The notes under the pieces were generated by a model. That model saw nothing but the letters and a program-made list of their open reading frames with translations. It ran no database searches and was not told the origin of the DNA. Shown here one piece after another: positions 25,698-32,000 of a stretch of 32,000 bases of DNA. The translations under genes were made by a program, and so were the position numbers. Origin of the DNA: Kineosphaera limosa NBRC 100340. GTDB lineage: Bacteria > Actinomycetota > Actinomycetes > Actinomycetales > Dermatophilaceae. The stretch's first letter is position 1. Each line of letters begins with the position of its first letter. The stretch lies in NCBI RefSeq assembly GCF_000298215.1, contig NZ_BAHD01000001.1, positions 1-32,000 of the forward strand, read 5' to 3'.

Positions 25698-27052
25698 TTG
25701 CCACTCTCCTTAGCCGTCAATCGGTCCACGTACTTGATGTCGAACAGGGCAGCCAAGCTGCCGAACTCGGCGTGCAACGCCCGGCGGATCGGGGCGGTGC
25801 TGCGCGGTGCCGGACCGTCGGGCACCAGCTCGACGACCGGCACGACGTCGCCCCCCAGCCGGCCCGGGCGGGTGCTCACGCCGATGAGCAGCGGGGCCAC
25901 CGCCTCATGCACGATCGCGGCGACGCGGCGCGCGTCCACCTTCGTGCCCGCCACGTTGACCACGTTGTCGGCTCGGCCCGCGTGATGCCACAGTGTTGTG
26001 TGTGGCCCTGCGTCGATGCGGTGACCTAGGTCGCCGGTCGGCACCAGCTCGGTGCGCCCCGCGAAGGGCTCCAACGCCTCGTAGGGGGCGCGCAGACAGT
26101 AGGTCATCGCGTGCTCGCTGCGGGCCAGAATCGGCCGGGAGTCCGATCGGTCGTCTCGCGAGGTCGGCTCGCCCGCAGAGTTCGCGTCGCCGGCACGGGT
26201 GTCCGCCGGCGGCGCGTCATCGGCGAGCGCGAGCGTGACCCCCGGGATAGGGCGGCCGATGAGGCCCTCGGTGAAGTCGCCCGCCGGACCGTGCCAGGTG
26301 GCAAGGCGCGGCCCCATCTCCGCCTGCCCGTACATGTTCGTCAGCTGCAGCCGCGGGAATCGGCGCGCCAACGCGGTAGCCGAGGTGCCGGAGAGACGCC
26401 CACCCGCGATGAGTAGCCGCCCGAGCCGGTCGCCGGGGATCGTCGACGCCAGTAGCAGCGGAGTGTGCTGCGGCAACGCATAGAGGGCCAGCGGCTTATC
26501 GTCGTCCGCCAGCAACGGCTCAAGCCCCGGCAGGCCCCAGTCGGCGTCGGTGAAGGTGACGGGCAGGCCGGCGAAGTGGTGGGAATTGACGATGCTCAGC
26601 CCATAGGCGAAGCGCATCGGCGGAAGCGCGGCCCACACGAACTCGCGACCCAACTCCAGGACGTCGCTCACCGCCTGCGCGTGCGAAAGCACCTGCTCGC
26701 GCCGGTAGACCACGCACTTGGGTGAGCCCGTCGACCCCGAGGTGTGGTAGGCGAACACGGCCTCGGGCTCAGGGTCGGGCAGCACCGCCGCGCTGTCGCT
26801 CGGCGGATCGGTGACGCTGTGTAGGTCGGCGTTCTCGTGCAGGTCGGTGACGAGCAGCGGATCGGGGGCGAGTGCGGTCAAGGTGGCCGTCACCCGCTTC
26901 AGACCCTCGAAGGCCGCGCGCGGACGCACCACGATCGAACGGCCCTCGCCCAGCGCCCGCAGGTAGGTGGTCAGCGCACCCGTGGTTGCAGGATCGGTGT
27001 GCCGCACCGCCGGCGTGTGGTCGAGGGCGCGGGTCGCGGGCGTGAGCGTCAT
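25694..27052 (-). CDS. Adenylate-forming (AMP-dependent) ligase, stand-alone adenylation enzyme
   Basis: The start is the internal ATG (CAT at 27050-27052), overlapping the hydrolase stop (ATGA at 27049-27052). Core motifs are FAYHTSGSTGSPK, NMYGQAEMG, VPTGDLG and GRADNVVNVAGTKV. The terminal lysine lies in ...AKESGK immediately before the stop. The 335 upstream codons of the listed 787-aa ORF are an Arg/Pro-rich off-frame read. Confidence 0.85.
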   Translation of the reverse strand: MTLTPATRALDHTPAVRHTDPATTGALTTYLRALGEGRSIVVRPRAAFEGLKRVTATLTALAPDPLLVTDLHENADLHSVTDPPSDSAAVLPDPEPEAVFAYHTSGSTGSPKCVVYRREQVLSHAQAVSDVLELGREFVWAALPPMRFAYGLSIVNSHHFAGLPVTFTDADWGLPGLEPLLADDDKPLALYALPQHTPLLLASTIPGDRLGRLLIAGGRLSGTSATALARRFPRLQLTNMYGQAEMGPRLATWHGPAGDFTEGLIGRPIPGVTLALADDAPPADTRAGDANSAGEPTSRDDRSDSRPILARSEHAMTYCLRAPYEALEPFAGRTELVPTGDLGHRIDAGPHTTLWHHAGRADNVVNVAGTKVDARRVAAIVHEAVAPLLIGVSTRPGRLGGDVVPVVELVPDGPAPRSTAPIRRALHAEFGSLAALFDIKYVDRLTAKESGK

Positions 27053-28860
27053 CGGTTGCCGGCACCTTCTGCATCGGCGCGGCGAGGCGCCAGCGCGGCC
27101 AAGGCGGCGGTGCGCTCGCGCAGGAGGCGCAGGGTGGCGTGCTGCGCACGCTGGGCGAACAGGCTGTGGTCGACGTCGACATCGCGCACGACGGTCAGGG
27201 GCAGCCCGCGTTTGCGCGCCCGGCGCAGCGACCGACGGCCGCCCTTGCCCACCCAGATGCGGTGATCGTGCGGGCCGTAGAGAAGCGTGAGGATGAGGCT
27301 CGCAGGCACCTGCCGCAGCATCGGGTCGGCCAGATCCAAGGGCACGTCGTGACGCAGCGCCGAGCGCAGCCGCGGATAGCGGATGGCGAGCTCGGTGAAC
27401 GCGTAGTCCTTGGCGCGGGCGATCCGCTCGCCCAACGTCAGGGCCGGCGCGGACTCTTGGGCCTCCTCCGGCTCGGCGGCCTCGTCGGCGCTGGGGGCCG
27501 GAGCGCTGCGATCGGCGGCTTCTTGCCCGTGGTAGTGGGCGTAGAAGGCGTCGGTGTAGACGGCGGGGTCGGGGTGCCAATGCACGGTGTTGACGCCGAG
27601 AAGCTCGGTCAGCGGGGCCTCGTAGCCCGGGCCGGCGGCCCGCATGAGCGCCCACGCTCCGGCGCACACGCCTACCGCGAGCACGGGCAGGCCCGTACTG
27701 GCCAGCTCGCGCACGGCGGTCGCGACATCCTCGATCGCCTCCGGCACGTAGGGGCGCGGCTCGGGGGCCAGGTCGGGATCGGCGTCGTCGCCGATGCCGC
27801 CGCGGTCGGCGCGCAGCGACACGACGCCACGAGTCGCAAGGTCGCGAGCGGCGCGGGCCCACATGCTGCCCGGCCCGGCCTTGACCTCGGCGCCCATCGC
27901 GGTGAACAGCACCGCGACCTGCGGGTCGCCCGCAGCAGCCTGGGTGCGGATCGCGGGCAGGCGGTTGGGGCCGACCTCGCAGAGCGTCTCGGTGATGTCG
28001 ATCGGCGCGCCGTCGGGCCCGGGCTGTCGCACGGTGGCGACCGTCTGCGGCTGCCACGCCGGCAGAGGCCTGGCCGGACCGAGCCGCAGCCCTGCGACGA
28101 TCTCGGTGAGCACCGACAGCGGCACGTGCGCGAAGTACGGGGCGCCCAGCACGAGGCGCATGGCCGCGCGACGGTCGGGCTCGGTGCGGATGGCGTCGTC
28201 GGGACCCAGCTGAGCGGGTTTGGGTGCCGCTAATCCGCGAACAGAGGCGACCTGTTCGGGGTCAAGTACCGCACCGTCCAACTCCACCTGTCCGGGCCCC
28301 GTCGGGACGGGCACGGAGGTGCGGCGGATGAGCGCGTGGTTACGGACGAAAGCTGCGCCGGATACCGGCTCCCAGTAGAGGCGTTGCCCGGGGCCGGTCA
28401 GCTCGCGCGGCACCCGCGCGAGCACCGCCGCACCCAGCCGCAGACCGACGATGTGGACGGGCGCCTCGGGGCCGACAATCCGCCGGGCGTGTGCGACGAC
28501 GGCCGCGAGCTCCTGCTCCCAGGCAGCTGCCGGATCGGTCGCGGCCGCTCCCGTGGCGCTGGTGGAGTCGCCGTCACCGGACCAGGAGAACGTGTAGGCG
28601 AGCAGGCCGGCCTCGCGCGCGCGAGCGGCCAGAGCACGGGTCGTGCGGAACGAGACAACCGCCTCGCGGTCGAAGGAGGGGGCGATGACCAGGGCGCCAC
28701 GAGCCTGCCGGTCGTCGGGCTCGTCCACCCGCACGGACAGCCAACGTTCGCCGACGGGCAACCAGGTCAACACGCGATGCTGCAGCCGGGCGGATCGCTG
28801 CGACGCCTCCTCGGGCTGCTCGACCGACCGAGCCGATGCCGACCTCAGATCCAGCGCCAT
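27049..28860 (-). CDS. 603-aa protein with two alpha/beta-hydrolase-like halves (putative acyltransferase or thioesterase)
   Basis: The start is placed at ATG 28860. The 42 codons upstream of it, back to GTG 28986, have A/T-rich third positions and are not coding-like. Each half has a hydrolase-like layout: a beta-strand (ALVIAPSF / VAVLFTAMG), a G-x-GD loop (SWSGDGDS / DRGGIGDD) and an elbow (VHIVGLRLGAAV / VLAVGVCAGAWA). A distal DVDHSLF is a candidate catalytic His. The family call is by architecture only. Confidence 0.55.
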   Translation of the reverse strand: MALDLRSASARSVEQPEEASQRSARLQHRVLTWLPVGERWLSVRVDEPDDRQARGALVIAPSFDREAVVSFRTTRALAARAREAGLLAYTFSWSGDGDSTSATGAAATDPAAAWEQELAAVVAHARRIVGPEAPVHIVGLRLGAAVLARVPRELTGPGQRLYWEPVSGAAFVRNHALIRRTSVPVPTGPGQVELDGAVLDPEQVASVRGLAAPKPAQLGPDDAIRTEPDRRAAMRLVLGAPYFAHVPLSVLTEIVAGLRLGPARPLPAWQPQTVATVRQPGPDGAPIDITETLCEVGPNRLPAIRTQAAAGDPQVAVLFTAMGAEVKAGPGSMWARAARDLATRGVVSLRADRGGIGDDADPDLAPEPRPYVPEAIEDVATAVRELASTGLPVLAVGVCAGAWALMRAAGPGYEAPLTELLGVNTVHWHPDPAVYTDAFYAHYHGQEAADRSAPAPSADEAAEPEEAQESAPALTLGERIARAKDYAFTELAIRYPRLRSALRHDVPLDLADPMLRQVPASLILTLLYGPHDHRIWVGKGGRRSLRRARKRGLPLTVVRDVDVDHSLFAQRAQHATLRLLRERTAALAALAPRRADAEGAGNR

Positions 28861-28869
28861 GATGTGCCC

Positions 28870-28897
28870 CCAATACGGAAAAATGCGGAACTGCCAA
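28870..28897 (-). promoter_or_regulatory. Candidate promoter of the hydrolase-ligase-nadE-carrier-asnB operon
   Basis: The minus strand reads TTGGCA (28897-28892), a 16-nt spacer, then TATTGG (28875-28870). The -10-like element ends 9 nt before ATG 28860, which implies a near-leaderless transcript. The hexamers are imperfect and sit in a locally AT-richer stretch. Confidence 0.25.
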
Positions 28898-29165
28898 AGC
28901 AGCGCCGCTGGTGTTCCCGGTCCCCAATTGCTTCGATCCGGTAGCGCTCGCGTTCCCCATGCGCCACTCGGCTCTGCCTTTGACACTAGCAGCGCCGACT
29001 GTGGGCTGTGGGCGGGAACTTGGACGCTTGTCTCAGAGTGCCGTACGTGCGCTGCGTTGGAGGCTCCCCGTTGGACGGTTAGACGGACTGCCGGGACGGG
29101 TTGTCGGTGCTGGGATCTACCCTGGGCGCTGTTCCGCTCGACTCCTCGCGAAGGCCCGTAACTCC

Positions 29166-32000
<2,835 letters not shown>

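Noticed and set aside
27053-28057. Upstream 335 codons of the 787-aa ORF 25694..28057, which would give a long N-terminal extension to the ligase
   Set aside because: The extension is Arg/Pro/Ala/Gly-rich sequence read off-frame across the hydrolase gene. The ligase homology starts after ATG 27052, which forms an ATGA overlap with the hydrolase stop.
28861-28986. GTG 28986 as the start of the double-hydrolase gene (42 extra codons)
   Set aside because: Third codon positions in this stretch are frequently A or T (TCA AAG GCA ... GGA ACA CCA ... ATT TTT CCG TAT), unlike the strong GC3 bias downstream of ATG 28860. The stretch also contains promoter-like hexamers.

Overview
This is a very GC-rich, actinobacterial-type chromosomal segment with strong GC3 codon bias and many long off-frame shadow ORFs. 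I saw no rRNA, tRNA, transposase, integrase or cas genes. The backbone is a conserved housekeeping string: glmU-prs (523-2951), rplY-pth (8628-9981) and mfd (29166 to the window end). Two accessory blocks interrupt it. Block 1 (2969-8161) holds a family III CoA-transferase and an SDR reductase, transcribed divergently around a 25-bp tandem repeat. It also holds a MocR-type regulator, an EamA transporter whose start codon interlocks with the regulator's, and a vapBC toxin-antitoxin pair. Block 2 (about 9982-29165, roughly 19 kb) is a cell-envelope glycan locus. It contains two tandem WbaP-like priming phosphoglycosyl transferases, the first frameshifted, and a class III aminotransferase. A six-gene sugar-nucleotide operon follows (rmlB, fused rmlCD, C-methyltransferase, RfbF-like nucleotidylyltransferase, PIG-L deacetylase, degenerate methyltransferase paralogue), with a divergent rmlA. 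The most unusual element is a tightly coupled five-gene operon at 22432-28860. It encodes a 603-aa double alpha/beta-hydrolase-like protein, an adenylate-forming ligase, a NadE-like PP-loop enzyme, an 81-aa carrier protein and an AsnB-like glutamine amidotransferase. I interpret it as an uncharacterised carrier-protein-dependent glycan decoration and amidation system. No glycosyltransferase, flippase, polymerase or exporter is present in the window. All family calls come from motif and sequence recognition by eye; no searches were run.
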